Virus record (IMG/VR): IMGVR_UViG_2524614585_000001
Span: 1 to 40,036 of that record
Source of the DNA: a virus
Direction: 5' to 3' (one strand)
DNA length: 40,036 nt
This document shows positions 16,235-25,421 of the stretch, in pieces. Within the stretch, counting starts at the first letter, position 1, and each line of letters begins with the position of its first letter. Position numbers and translations under genes: made by a program. The notes under the pieces were generated by a model. That model was given only the letters and a program-made list of their open reading frames with translations, ran no database searches and had not been told where the DNA came from.

Positions 16235-16375
16235 TCACTCCTCTTCTTTTTTAGTTGCCTTCTTACGTGTAGGCTTCACTACTTTGTAACCTTGAGGCGC
16301 ATAAACCACTCTATGCGCCTTTTCAGTTACTTCCAGAGTGTTGCCGTCTTTTTCAATCTTAATGAGTTTAGACAT
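16235..16375 (-). CDS. Small basic protein (46 aa) after the capsid gene
   Basis: ATG at 16375 with AGGAGTGA RBS; MSKLIKIEKDGNTLEV...KKATKKEEE; below the track cutoff. Confidence 0.5.
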   Translation of the reverse strand: MSKLIKIEKDGNTLEVTEKAHRVVYAPQGYKVVKPTRKKATKKEEE

Positions 16376-16395
16376 TTAATCACTCCTATATTCTT

Positions 16396-17313
16396 TTATT
16401 CACCTGTGCCAGCGGCTGGTGTCAGCGCTGCGAAGGCATCAGGCTTAACGTTCATGAATGCCACATGCATAGTCGCGCGTAATGCGAACATGTCACGCTC
16501 AAACAGTGATACAGGCTGTCCTGAAGCATCATCAGCAGTTAAAGTAGTGAGTGTTGCATCTTCAGAGATAGCGTACTCAATTCCTTGTAAAATACCGTAT
16601 CGTGCATAGTCCCAATCTCCGAACAACGCTTGCGCTTGCGTTTTGTCGAATGAAGCGCCTTGTGTGTAAGCAATTGGTAATCCGAGCAGTTCGTTCTGAC
16701 CGTCAAATACCGGCTGACCGTTGTTATCTAAAGCGCCACGCATTTTTCCACGGAATGAACGTGTAGATAGAATGCCGTTCGGATCATGTTCATTTTCTTC
16801 AATCAGTGAGAGCGCACCGTTTGCATCTGCGTATAGGTTACCTGTGTCAACCACGATATTTCCTTCTGCAGTGGCACCTTCAAAGATTGATGTACCTGAC
16901 GCGCCGTATGGTGTATCTTTGCCGAATAGTGCAGCAGCATCAAACTTCTTGTAGAATGTTTCAGCGATTAATGGGCGAACTTCATTAAAGAAGTCTTTTG
17001 CTGTATAGCGTAAAAACTCTTTAGAAAGTGGAATGATGACCCCGACTTTTTTCGCTTCCATTTCAGCTTGTACATACTGTGGTTTAGAAGTCTGAATACG
17101 TTCAGTCTCTGATACCCAGTAAGCGCCTAAGCCTTCTGCTAGGTACGTGAATGTCTTTTTAGGTGCTGTCATTGGTTCAGCTTTCGCAAGTTGCATCACT
17201 GCTGAACCTTGCATCACATCTTTAACAACTAAGTTACCTTGTTCTGCAGGAATAAATCCTGTCTTTGCATCTTGTAGTAATACGTTATCTGGTGTGTAAT
17301 TTGGTACTGCCAT
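16396..17313 (-). CDS. Major capsid protein
   Basis: 305 aa directly after the scaffold gene. Confidence 0.8.
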   Translation of the reverse strand: MAVPNYTPDNVLLQDAKTGFIPAEQGNLVVKDVMQGSAVMQLAKAEPMTAPKKTFTYLAEGLGAYWVSETERIQTSKPQYVQAEMEAKKVGVIIPLSKEFLRYTAKDFFNEVRPLIAETFYKKFDAAALFGKDTPYGASGTSIFEGATAEGNIVVDTGNLYADANGALSLIEENEHDPNGILSTRSFRGKMRGALDNNGQPVFDGQNELLGLPIAYTQGASFDKTQAQALFGDWDYARYGILQGIEYAISEDATLTTLTADDASGQPVSLFERDMFALRATMHVAFMNVKPDAFAALTPAAGTGE

Positions 17314-17327
17314 AGTTAATCGTCTCC

Positions 17328-17912
17328 TTAAATTTTATTGCGGATATTGGCTTCCGCCGCCATTTCCATAATCGACTGTGCTTGCGGTACTGATGCACCT
17401 GCACCATCAATGACATCTCTGCCACCGGCTTTAAAGCGTTCATCGACTTGTGCTTGAATCGTCGCATCTAAATGCTGTTTCAGCGTGTCTAAGTTCGCAC
17501 TCGTTGTTTCTTCATCCTCACCCACAAAGAAATTAACAATCTCTGTTGGTAATGCTTTATCTTGCGCCAATTTCAGCGCTTTAGTTTCTAAATCCTTACG
17601 TTTCGATTCTTTATCACGGTTTTCAAGCTGCTCTTCTAACAGACGAATACGCTTCTGTTCTTCAGTCTCTTGTGGATTTCTTTTTGCAACCTCATCTTCA
17701 ACGAGATTTTGGAGGTTGTTGTCTTTCCACGTTTGCAGTGATTTATTGTGATAACGATCGAGTGTTGGTTGAATGAATCGCTTACCTTCGTCTGTTTCTA
17801 AATAACTTCTTACGTCCTCTTCAGAGACCGTTTTGAATTCATTTAGTACAGCCTGTACCTCTGAATTGTCCTTATTACTTTCTAAATACTGTTTCAATTC
17901 CTGTAAATCCAT
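17328..17912 (-). CDS. Capsid scaffolding protein
   Basis: Acidic coiled-coil protein upstream of the capsid gene. Confidence 0.75.
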   Translation of the reverse strand: MDLQELKQYLESNKDNSEVQAVLNEFKTVSEEDVRSYLETDEGKRFIQPTLDRYHNKSLQTWKDNNLQNLVEDEVAKRNPQETEEQKRIRLLEEQLENRDKESKRKDLETKALKLAQDKALPTEIVNFFVGEDEETTSANLDTLKQHLDATIQAQVDERFKAGGRDVIDGAGASVPQAQSIMEMAAEANIRNKI

Positions 17913-17964
17913 ATTGATTTACTCCTTTCAACCGTCATGTACCGAAGTCCACAACGTTTGCATG

Positions 17965-17980
17965 TTATTTGCGCAAATAA
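17965..17980. repeat. Perfect 16-bp palindrome TTATTTGCGCAAATAA in a 239-bp non-coding gap
   Basis: Read directly; self-complementary. Confidence 0.9.
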
Positions 17981-18151
17981 ACGCATGAAAAATAGACCTT
18001 TTAATGTCATATCTAGGACGAATTCATATTATTTACTCATCTGTTTAAATCAGCTAATGTATAGCCATCAAGATACCCAAACACTCATTTGGACCACCTC
18101 ACGTTAGATTTTTAATGCCGTAACGATAAAGCATCACATCCTTTCGTGTGG

Positions 18152-18313
18152 TCATTCTTCAACTCGCATTTCTTTTAATCCTTTTTCAGTCAGTCTTAAT
18201 CGACCGTCGGGGAAACGCTCAACTTCTGGCTTTCTATTCTTCTTCAACTCTTTAGCAATACCCGCGGTGTTTTTCGCAATTTCTTTTAAATAACGTTCTG
18301 ATCTATCCACCAC
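18152..18313 (-). CDS. Hypothetical small basic protein (53 aa)
   Basis: GTG at 18313 sits 7 nt after AAGGGGG. Confidence 0.45.
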   Translation of the reverse strand: MVDRSERYLKEIAKNTAGIAKELKKNRKPEVERFPDGRLRLTEKGLKEMRVEE

Positions 18314-18315
18314 TA

Positions 18316-18504
18316 TCACGCCCCCTTGAAGTATTGATAAGCCCAATAAACTAAAAAGAGTGTCGGCAGAAACTTAACTAATGTATACATCCATATTCCG
18401 AATACATCACCCATGAATACTGCAAATGTATTCCATAATGCAAAAGCTATAAACGCTATCATGAATGTAACTATTGCAGCAGATATATTTTTGTAAGTAT
18501 TCAT
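18316..18504 (-). CDS. Small two-TM membrane protein (62 aa)
   Basis: Two hydrophobic segments; packed ORF. Confidence 0.5.
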   Translation of the reverse strand: MNTYKNISAAIVTFMIAFIAFALWNTFAVFMGDVFGIWMYTLVKFLPTLFLVYWAYQYFKGA

Positions 18505-18661
18505 CCGTCCTCACTCCCAACCTTTATAATCATCACACATAAAATCAACACAAATAAGCACAGGAGAGTCATGACCGGTCTGCCTGTGCTTAACATATGG
18601 ACTGCTATTAAGACGTACGCTAGAGCAATAGAACCGAAGAATACGGATACTTCATTTAGCT

Positions 18662-19852
18662 TCAATATCCCCAGCTCCCATCTTTCTTTTTATGAAATCC
18701 GCGCTCGACCATCTTCCGAAATCTTTTCGCATCAGTCATTAAGTTATGCTCTGTGCGTTCTTCTGTGGATGGCGATGGATTCTTGTACCACATCATTTGC
18801 TTAGATAATTGATTGTAATAATCTGGTGCAATATCATCTTCATGAAACTGCAGCCAATCTTGGTAATGGTCAAATGAAGTTTTTTCATATACTTCACGAT
18901 GATCTGCACTCATTGTCTCGTCGTCTAACTGGTCCAGTTCAATACCATTCACACGATAACCTACAGAACACCGGCATCCCATGTTCTCCTGCATAGCATT
19001 GATACCTACCATCAAACGAGGACCTTTGCCGTATGATGCAGTCGCTTTCGAATAAAATAAGCCCTCATGGTCGGATGCTTGACCGTCTAAGACAATATGT
19101 GTTGTACGTACTCTTAAATCACGCTGAGACACCCATATGCGCTTTAAACGACTGCCTTCATCGACAAAACGTTTACCGCGTTCTTTATCATCGAATTTAA
19201 AACCTTTTGGTGCTTTATCTGGTTTATCTTTCAACTGCTCGATTGCATTATCATAGCGTTGACCTATTTCAACTTCTGCCAATGATTCAGCGCGTCCTAT
19301 TTCATACGTTGATACACGCTGAACTTTACTTGTGTACTTCTCTGCAATACGCTTCAAACGCTTCTTAGTCGCTGCAGGATTGATATTGTCATTTACGCTT
19401 GAATTCAGCGTACCTTTCAGCTCCCGCAGCATATCGTTTCTATGATGCGATAATGTGTTCAGCAAGTCGTATTCTTCGGTGTCCTGTTTTAATAATTTAC
19501 GTAACTCCAGTAACTTCGGGAATGCCAGCACTGGTGCCAATCCAGTTAATCCGGACAATAAAAAAGCACTACCCACTGTCGAATGGATAAATGCCAGTAC
19601 TTGTGCATATGCGATTGTTTTATACAATGCTGAATAGTCAGCTGTAATGTCTTGTTCAAGCTGCTTAATCGCCTTGTTTAAACGATTGTATTTGTTTAAA
19701 GCTTCCAAGCTATCCTCATCTGCATAGTTGCTCACTAATGAGTCATATGTGCTGATAATCGCATTAATACGTGTCTGAAACCGCTGGTGTATGCTGTTCT
19801 CAGTCATTCCAATAAGCGTATCAATTTGCCGTCCTAAATCATTCCAGTTCAT
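18662..19852 (-). CDS. Minor head protein (SPP1 gp7 / Mu F-like)
   Basis: RDLRVRTTHIVLDGQ motif; follows the portal; ATG 19852 preferred over TTG 19861. Confidence 0.75.
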   Translation of the reverse strand: MNWNDLGRQIDTLIGMTENSIHQRFQTRINAIISTYDSLVSNYADEDSLEALNKYNRLNKAIKQLEQDITADYSALYKTIAYAQVLAFIHSTVGSAFLLSGLTGLAPVLAFPKLLELRKLLKQDTEEYDLLNTLSHHRNDMLRELKGTLNSSVNDNINPAATKKRLKRIAEKYTSKVQRVSTYEIGRAESLAEVEIGQRYDNAIEQLKDKPDKAPKGFKFDDKERGKRFVDEGSRLKRIWVSQRDLRVRTTHIVLDGQASDHEGLFYSKATASYGKGPRLMVGINAMQENMGCRCSVGYRVNGIELDQLDDETMSADHREVYEKTSFDHYQDWLQFHEDDIAPDYYNQLSKQMMWYKNPSPSTEERTEHNLMTDAKRFRKMVERGFHKKKDGSWGY

Positions 19853-21230
19853 CGCCCTCAACTCCCTTTATTGGAAGTTCGCTGTTGAATCTGTCATCTT
19901 CTTTTCGCATTTGTTCCAGTTCTTGCTCCGGATCTTCGACCAATGTCGATTGAGCCAATCGTGTTTGATTTGATACTTGGCCATTTAATGCACTCAATAC
20001 CTGTGCTTCTTCCAGTTTGTTCACTGGAATATTACGTGTCCATAAGTAACTCACGTTTAAATAGTCCAAATCATCGCCTGTGCGCTTATTCTTACGTTTC
20101 CAGATGCTATATAACACTTTGAACTGGTAACGTAGTGCAGCTGTCATCTTGCGCTCAAATGTGATGCATTTATTCTCCAAAGCCATTAACTTTAAGTGCA
20201 TACCAATTACAGGTACATTGCCGTTAAACTCATCGCTATTGAAGTTGACTGATTTAGCAAACCGCATGATATTTTTCTCTAAACGATCCAAATGATTTTC
20301 AATCATCGTGTCATTAACATCCTTCGTCAGGTACTTCACATCCTGTCGTTCATCGTACAGCTCAAATGCTCCCGACTTCTGCAGGTCCTGAATCTCTTCT
20401 TCATCCATACCTAAACCGCGTAACACTAAGTAGGCTAACCGTGTCTGACTAATCTCTGATGAAGCATCGGATAATGTTCTATCGTAGCCATCAATCAATG
20501 CAATCACACGTTCCACATCGCCTATCATCTCTTCATTGTTGGGCACACCGAATAATGGATTGTAATCAGCCAGGCTGTCAAAACGTTGTTCAAACCGCAT
20601 GGATTCTTCCCCGCCACGGAACCGATGATAAAAGCCTTGCTCATCGTAAAAATCAGCTTGATAAACAACTTCGCCTGTCTTTTCGTTCTTTATCGGGAAA
20701 TAATGCAGTGAGTATTCAGGTTCGGATATGTCTTCACCTAAGAAGACCACGTTGTATGGTTTAACATTCTTAATGCGTTCGTTACCTTCGACATCAATGT
20801 AAATGATCCGTGCAGCGTAACCACATATCGCTGCCATCTTCCCTAACTCTGAATCTTTGTCAGGAACATTGTTTAACAAATTGAACTGTTTAATTAATTT
20901 CGTTTCTTCGTCGTCTTCATCTTTGTAAACAATTGGCACACCGTGTAAGTAGCCTGTTCGAGTATCCACAATTTCCACATCAAATGCGTTATTCAGTTTG
21001 TTATTGATAAATTGGTCAATTCTTCTAACATTGCCACCCGTTTCAAAGTCCTCATATTGGTTTTTAGGTTCATGCTGAAATACCGGTATCGCTTCCTGTT
21101 TCGCTTTATAACGTTCATACAGCTCAATCATCCTGTCACGGTCTGGTTTATGCTTTTGAATCAATTGCTCGATATGTTTAGGCTGGATGCCTTGCTCTTT
21201 GATTTCTCTAATGAGTTCTGTGTCGTTCAC
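19839..21230 (-). CDS. Portal protein
   Basis: Follows TerL; size; GTG at 21230 sits 6 nt after GAGGTG. Confidence 0.8.
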   Translation of the reverse strand: MNDTELIREIKEQGIQPKHIEQLIQKHKPDRDRMIELYERYKAKQEAIPVFQHEPKNQYEDFETGGNVRRIDQFINNKLNNAFDVEIVDTRTGYLHGVPIVYKDEDDEETKLIKQFNLLNNVPDKDSELGKMAAICGYAARIIYIDVEGNERIKNVKPYNVVFLGEDISEPEYSLHYFPIKNEKTGEVVYQADFYDEQGFYHRFRGGEESMRFEQRFDSLADYNPLFGVPNNEEMIGDVERVIALIDGYDRTLSDASSEISQTRLAYLVLRGLGMDEEEIQDLQKSGAFELYDERQDVKYLTKDVNDTMIENHLDRLEKNIMRFAKSVNFNSDEFNGNVPVIGMHLKLMALENKCITFERKMTAALRYQFKVLYSIWKRKNKRTGDDLDYLNVSYLWTRNIPVNKLEEAQVLSALNGQVSNQTRLAQSTLVEDPEQELEQMRKEDDRFNSELPIKGVEGDELE

Positions 21231-21231
21231 C

Positions 21232-22473
21232 TTACGCACCTCGTTTCGTTTTATCGCGCTTACGTATACGTTCCATGCTGTAACGTAGCGCATCTAAAAA
21301 GTGATTATATTCATCAATCGGTTTATTAATCGGTTCGTCATGTTTGTTTTTGTCCCATACATAGTTGGAGAGCTCATTAATCGCATTACTGCATTTCGGA
21401 TGCACAAATATAGTGTATTGCTGAATGTACTGGATGCCGTGCTTGATGCTATCCGGTCCTTTATCAGCCTTGATGACCTTGCGTAAGCCATGCCTTCTTA
21501 AATCAGCTATGGATTTAGGCTCTGCACTATCTGCAACAATGACCTCTTTTGAGTAACCTTTATCGGTTATTCTGCTTGCGATTTCATCATTAAGAAGTGC
21601 TTTCTCGTATAACTCATCAAAGATGTATAGTTCTCGATTCACCGGATCAACTAATGCAGCACTCATTGCAGTTGGGTCGTTCGTGTAACCAAAGTCAAGA
21701 CCGAATGCAGATTCAACTTTAGCGCGCTTACTGATTTCTGATATATCGAATAGGCGTTCATGCCAGTTTTCGTAAATTCCACCTTCAGCAATTCCCCATT
21801 CACCCAAGCCCTCGATTTTGTAACGTCTTGGTGACTTAACTTTCATTTCTTCGAATAGCTCAATATCTGCTTCATCTAAGAATTCATTGCACAAGTAATT
21901 TGTCGTTTTTGTAAATACATTCGGCGCATCTGATTTAAAGAATCGTTTATTGAGCCAATGCTTTTCACTCCACGGGTTAAATGTGAGTGTAATCTGCTTG
22001 AACAGTCCGCCCGTATAACCACGAATAGACATATCTATTTTGTTGAAGTCATCTTCTTTTCTGACTTGAAAAGCCTCTTCAAACCAAGCCCAGCATAAGT
22101 AACCATGCTCAACTGTCGCGGATGTCACACTCATTGGATCATCGAGACCACGGAACAATATCTTTTGTCCGGTAGATTTACGTATAACCTCCATCGGAGA
22201 GACCTTCCAGTCAAACTCCTCATATGCACCTAACTGACGTGCGGCCCATTTCAGCTGTGCATACGTGCTGTCCTTATGGTCTTTAAATACCTGTCGGATT
22301 ACTAATAAGTTTGCATCTGGATGCTCTATCAGTCTTGATATAAAATTAAGAGCGGTTGTAGTAGATTTCTTACTACCACGACCGCCCTTTAGCACTCTAT
22401 ATCTTTGTGTATTATTCCAAAAATCTTTATAGCCTTTGCCGACTACATCTTTTAAATGGATAACTTTACTCAT
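21232..22473 (-). CDS. terL: Terminase large subunit (PBSX-type)
   Basis: Walker A GGRGSKKS; size; follows TerS with an 8-nt overlap. Confidence 0.9.
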   Translation of the reverse strand: MSKVIHLKDVVGKGYKDFWNNTQRYRVLKGGRGSKKSTTTALNFISRLIEHPDANLLVIRQVFKDHKDSTYAQLKWAARQLGAYEEFDWKVSPMEVIRKSTGQKILFRGLDDPMSVTSATVEHGYLCWAWFEEAFQVRKEDDFNKIDMSIRGYTGGLFKQITLTFNPWSEKHWLNKRFFKSDAPNVFTKTTNYLCNEFLDEADIELFEEMKVKSPRRYKIEGLGEWGIAEGGIYENWHERLFDISEISKRAKVESAFGLDFGYTNDPTAMSAALVDPVNRELYIFDELYEKALLNDEIASRITDKGYSKEVIVADSAEPKSIADLRRHGLRKVIKADKGPDSIKHGIQYIQQYTIFVHPKCSNAINELSNYVWDKNKHDEPINKPIDEYNHFLDALRYSMERIRKRDKTKRGA

Positions 22474-22912
22474 CTAAATCATTCACAATAGTGATGCGTT
22501 CAGTTGTGTCAGTAATCTGTTTATCAGTCCACATTGCATAACGTTTACCGAGTAGTTCAGCAGCTTTAGTACGTTGAGAAGTATCAGCTCGTCTTTCATG
22601 CCGTTCTACTTCACTTGCAAAGTCTCCCGTCGGCACAAGTATCAACTCTTCGTCCTGTTGTTGCCCTCGCATTACTGCAGTAAGGTACTCCATCACTTCC
22701 TTAGCATCAGCAACAGCTTTGCTCTCCAATTCCTTCAAACGTGCATCAATTGCAGATTTCACTCCTACATTGTCCAATAGCTTGTGAGCTTGCTTATTAG
22801 CATAATTTTCACTGTAACCTGCATTAATCGCAGCTCTAACTACGTTCGCATGTATGATGTACTCATCCGCAAATCTCTGCTGCTTCAGTGTCAACTTTTT
22901 TTCTTTGCTCAT
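22466..22912 (-). CDS. terS: Terminase small subunit
   Basis: LTLKQQRFADEYI...NAGYS motif typical of the small terminase family; ATG 22912 after GGTGG. Confidence 0.8.
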   Translation of the reverse strand: MSKEKKLTLKQQRFADEYIIHANVVRAAINAGYSENYANKQAHKLLDNVGVKSAIDARLKELESKAVADAKEVMEYLTAVMRGQQQDEELILVPTGDFASEVERHERRADTSQRTKAAELLGKRYAMWTDKQITDTTERITIVNDLDE

Positions 22913-22963
22913 CTCATTTACCACCAACATTTCACGTTATTCACTTAATTTATTTGCTTACTC

Positions 22964-23019
22964 AAAACCAACGGCAACTTAATATTATATGGTGAAGTGA
23001 GAAGTTACTCGTTGGTTTT
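22964..23019 (-). promoter_or_regulatory. 10-bp inverted repeat AAAACCAACG/CGTTGGTTTT enclosing a TATAAT box (22984..22989): candidate activator-dependent late promoter
   Basis: Perfect -10 on the minus strand, no recognisable -35, upstream of terS. Confidence 0.4.
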
Positions 23020-23027
23020 CAATATAC

Positions 23028-23052
23028 AAAAAAGACACCTTAGTTGGTGTCT
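23028..23052 (-). terminator. Terminator after the 71-aa gene
   Basis: AGACACC-N6-GGTGTCT plus TTTTTT on the minus strand. Confidence 0.7.
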
Positions 23053-23053
23053 A

Positions 23054-23269
23054 TTAACGATTATATTTACCAATATGATTAGATGTAATTTTGTATGCAT
23101 CATCTATTTCTTCTAAATCCTTTTGCATAGCATCAGTTCTATTTATTCTCGATACATGTAACACTCTTTTTTCATGTTCACTGTTACTTAAAATCAACAT
23201 TCTCCAAATAGCACCTTTGTCATCTACGAAATATTCCTCTACATCCTTATTCATTTTAATATTTCCCAA
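23054..23269 (-). CDS. Hypothetical protein (71 aa), stand-alone unit between the late activator and terS
   Basis: TTG start 9 nt after GGAGG; flanked by terminators on both sides. Confidence 0.5.
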   Translation of the reverse strand: MGNIKMNKDVEEYFVDDKGAIWRMLILSNSEHEKRVLHVSRINRTDAMQKDLEEIDDAYKITSNHIGKYNR

Positions 23270-23305
23270 TACAATTAACCTCCAGTATTTGATACATCCA
23301 ATATA

Positions 23306-23332
23306 CCAAAAAACCGCCCATTACGGACGGTT
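23306..23332 (-). terminator. Terminator ending the early operon / structured spacer
   Basis: AACCGTCC-gtaat-GGGCGGTT plus TTTTTT on the minus strand. Confidence 0.65.
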
Positions 23333-23363
23333 TCACGTTCAATATATATTAGGAGGAGGACTC

Positions 23364-23447
23364 ATGCCGGAGTCAGTCACTTGGTCGTTGAGCTTCGCCG
23401 TCCCGACCTACCTCATATTGTACAGTCACTTTTCCATTTGCACCTAA
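23364..23447 (+). CDS. Candidate 27-aa hydrophobic peptide on the opposite strand (MPESVTWSLSFAVPTYLILYSHFSICT)
   Basis: AGGAGGAGG lies 3 nt before the ATG; otherwise unsupported. Confidence 0.2.
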   Translation: MPESVTWSLSFAVPTYLILYSHFSICT

Positions 23448-23478
23448 CTAATTAAGTAAATTAAGTTTCTTAAATTTC

Positions 23479-23901
23479 TTAATAGCTAAACTCCTTGCAT
23501 ATTTCTTTCATAAGCTGATTCACTCTCGGCTCTGATAGTCCCACCTGATCAGCAATTTCTTTATAGATGTACCCGCTCAATCTGAGATTTAATATTGTCG
23601 CTAATCTTTCATCAGTGATGCGGTTCCATCGGTTTTGGATATACCGAGTTTTGTTCTCTAAACGAGTCAGTTCCTGGTCCATTTTCATCAGACGTTTCAT
23701 TTCGTTAAATACGGGATCTGTATTTCCACCCTGCGGTTTTGGTAGCGTTGCTTCAATACCATATTGCCCGATATTGCCGCCGCCTACCTCATCTTGATAT
23801 TCTTTTCGCAGCGCTGTAATACGCTTGATATAGTACGGGTAGCTGTTTATTAACTCCATTACTTTATCCGCTGAATAAACTTCGTTAGTCGCATAATTCA
23901 T
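23479..23901 (-). CDS. Late-gene transcriptional activator (RinA/ArpU-like, sigma-70 region-4-type HTH)
   Basis: 140 aa; C-terminal HTH YKEIADQVGLSEPRVNQLMK; last early gene before the packaging module. Confidence 0.55.
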   Translation of the reverse strand: MNYATNEVYSADKVMELINSYPYYIKRITALRKEYQDEVGGGNIGQYGIEATLPKPQGGNTDPVFNEMKRLMKMDQELTRLENKTRYIQNRWNRITDERLATILNLRLSGYIYKEIADQVGLSEPRVNQLMKEICKEFSY

Positions 23902-23921
23902 AATTCATCTACACCCCGTTA

Positions 23922-24344
23922 TCATAATTGTGTAATCTTCACGGCTACATGGTCAGTGTGTCCGTATTCTTTATTAATGCTTAGTGTGATTATTTGTGAA
24001 TCATCTTTATAAACTGTGTTGTTGCATGCATCAAGTATCGCTTTGGCCAAATTATCTAAGTCAGGCTTCTTTGTATATCTCAATTCACCGCTCTTCACGG
24101 CTTCTAATTTCTTTTTGGTGTAAGACTTAGGCGGAGTGAAAACAAACGTCAGGCGCATGGCTAATGGTCGGTCAGTCATGGTCAGTTGTTCCTTGTTCAT
24201 CTCGCTTAGTGCCGCATATTTTACGATACGTTTATAGTTGATGCTTTGCCTTGAATTGACTGCTTTTGATTTACCGGTAGCTGTTCGATACACTCTTGGA
24301 CGGGGTTGCGGTACTGGACGTCCCTCTACTTTGAATTCGATCAA
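23922..24344 (-). CDS. rusA: RusA-type Holliday junction resolvase
   Basis: GRPVPQPRPR and KPDLDNLAKAILDA...KDDSQI motifs; TTG start. Confidence 0.8.
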   Translation of the reverse strand: MIEFKVEGRPVPQPRPRVYRTATGKSKAVNSRQSINYKRIVKYAALSEMNKEQLTMTDRPLAMRLTFVFTPPKSYTKKKLEAVKSGELRYTKKPDLDNLAKAILDACNNTVYKDDSQIITLSINKEYGHTDHVAVKITQL

Positions 24345-24350
24345 ATATAA

Positions 24351-24422
24351 TTACCTCCCGAGTATCTCTTTCACTTTATCTACGATAGTCTGTTCTTCCG
24401 AACCATCTGTAGTTGCCGTCAT
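24351..24422 (-). CDS. Candidate 23-aa acidic micro-ORF
   Basis: Fills the gap between dut and rusA; no clear RBS. Confidence 0.2.
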   Translation of the reverse strand: MTATTDGSEEQTIVDKVKEILGR

Positions 24423-24424
24423 GA

Positions 24425-24949
24425 TTAATATCCGCTCGCAAGTCTCTGAAAGTTGACTGCATTCTTCGTGTTGTACTGATTGATAATATCCTGCCCCGTA
24501 AATCCGTAGTAATCGAGTATCGATAATACATAGACAAGTATACTTTCAGCCGACATAGCGCCATTCGATAAGTGATATATCACTCTTTTTACAGCTGCGC
24601 GGTCTTGAAGTTGCTGTTTGTCTTGAAGCTCACTTTCTACATTACCTGCGATAAATTCAGTCTTTGCTGTTGATTTGTTCAGTCGCAACATACAGAAGTG
24701 AATGACATCAATCGCTTCATCCAGTACATCATCCATATTCATATCTTTGCGCTTCCAATACTTCCATGACTTGAAGCAAGCGTTTATAAATTCATGTAGT
24801 TCTACGTTTAAGGCGATGCTGTGCTCCATTGCCATTGTTGACATCCAATCTGATTCGCTGATACCTAATTCTTCACGCATCGCTGCATCCAGTTTGTTTT
24901 GTTGTGTCAGTAAGTAGATTAGATCCGATTTGTTTAGTAGTGTATTCAT
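24425..24949 (-). CDS. dut: Dimeric (all-alpha, MazG-like) dUTPase
   Basis: Size and layout ELHEFIN...WKYWKRK...DEAIDVIHF...N.QR..GY resemble dimeric phage Duts. Confidence 0.6.
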   Translation of the reverse strand: MNTLLNKSDLIYLLTQQNKLDAAMREELGISESDWMSTMAMEHSIALNVELHEFINACFKSWKYWKRKDMNMDDVLDEAIDVIHFCMLRLNKSTAKTEFIAGNVESELQDKQQLQDRAAVKRVIYHLSNGAMSAESILVYVLSILDYYGFTGQDIINQYNTKNAVNFQRLASGY

Positions 24950-25029
24950 TTCTTCTTCCTCCTCATCAATATAACTGTCGTAACGTAATACGCTAGTGCT
25001 GCGAGTAGTATTTTAAGTGTGAGTGTCAT
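24946..25029 (-). CDS. 27-aa TM micro-protein (MTLTLKILLAALAYYVTTVILMRRKKK)
   Basis: ATGA overlaps at both ends with the flanking genes. Confidence 0.4.
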   Translation of the reverse strand: MTLTLKILLAALAYYVTTVILMRRKKK

Positions 25030-25421
25030 TGGTTATCACCTTCGTAGATATTTCCACATACAATGCCATCTAACATCTCAATGACGTACACCAAAGAAGT
25101 GTTGTATTTATCACGCTTACCGATTCTTTCCACATACCATCCTGAGTGTTCTAATTCATGGTAAAAATCTGGACTGTCCGTAAACTGTCCGAATCTCACA
25201 ATAAATTCTGGTTTTTCATCTGGGAAGGCTCCTCGTTTTAGTATGTCGCCTTCGTAAATCTCTTTGCCATTTTTATCCTTAAGTCCTGTGTATTGCATGA
25301 GTTCGGAAGCTTTCGGATTGAACTCCCACTTTTCAAGAATAATGTCCTTTCGTTCATTCTTAGTAGGAACAATCATCTCTTTAACCTTATTGTCATAGAA
25401 TCTAAATTTAATCTTTCTCAT
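25026..25421 (-). CDS. YopX-family protein
   Basis: KFRFYD...LMQYTGLKDKNGKEIYEGDIL...GNIYE. Confidence 0.8.
   Translation of the reverse strand: MRKIKFRFYDNKVKEMIVPTKNERKDIILEKWEFNPKASELMQYTGLKDKNGKEIYEGDILKRGAFPDEKPEFIVRFGQFTDSPDFYHELEHSGWYVERIGKRDKYNTSLVYVIEMLDGIVCGNIYEGDNQ

Noticed and set aside
16228-16388. 17-nt duplicated string GACATTTAATCACTCCT at 16225 and 16371
   Set aside because: Both copies are the same RBS-stop-start context (AGGAGTGATTAAATGTC) of two consecutive genes. This is a translation-coupling signal rather than a mobile or regulatory repeat.
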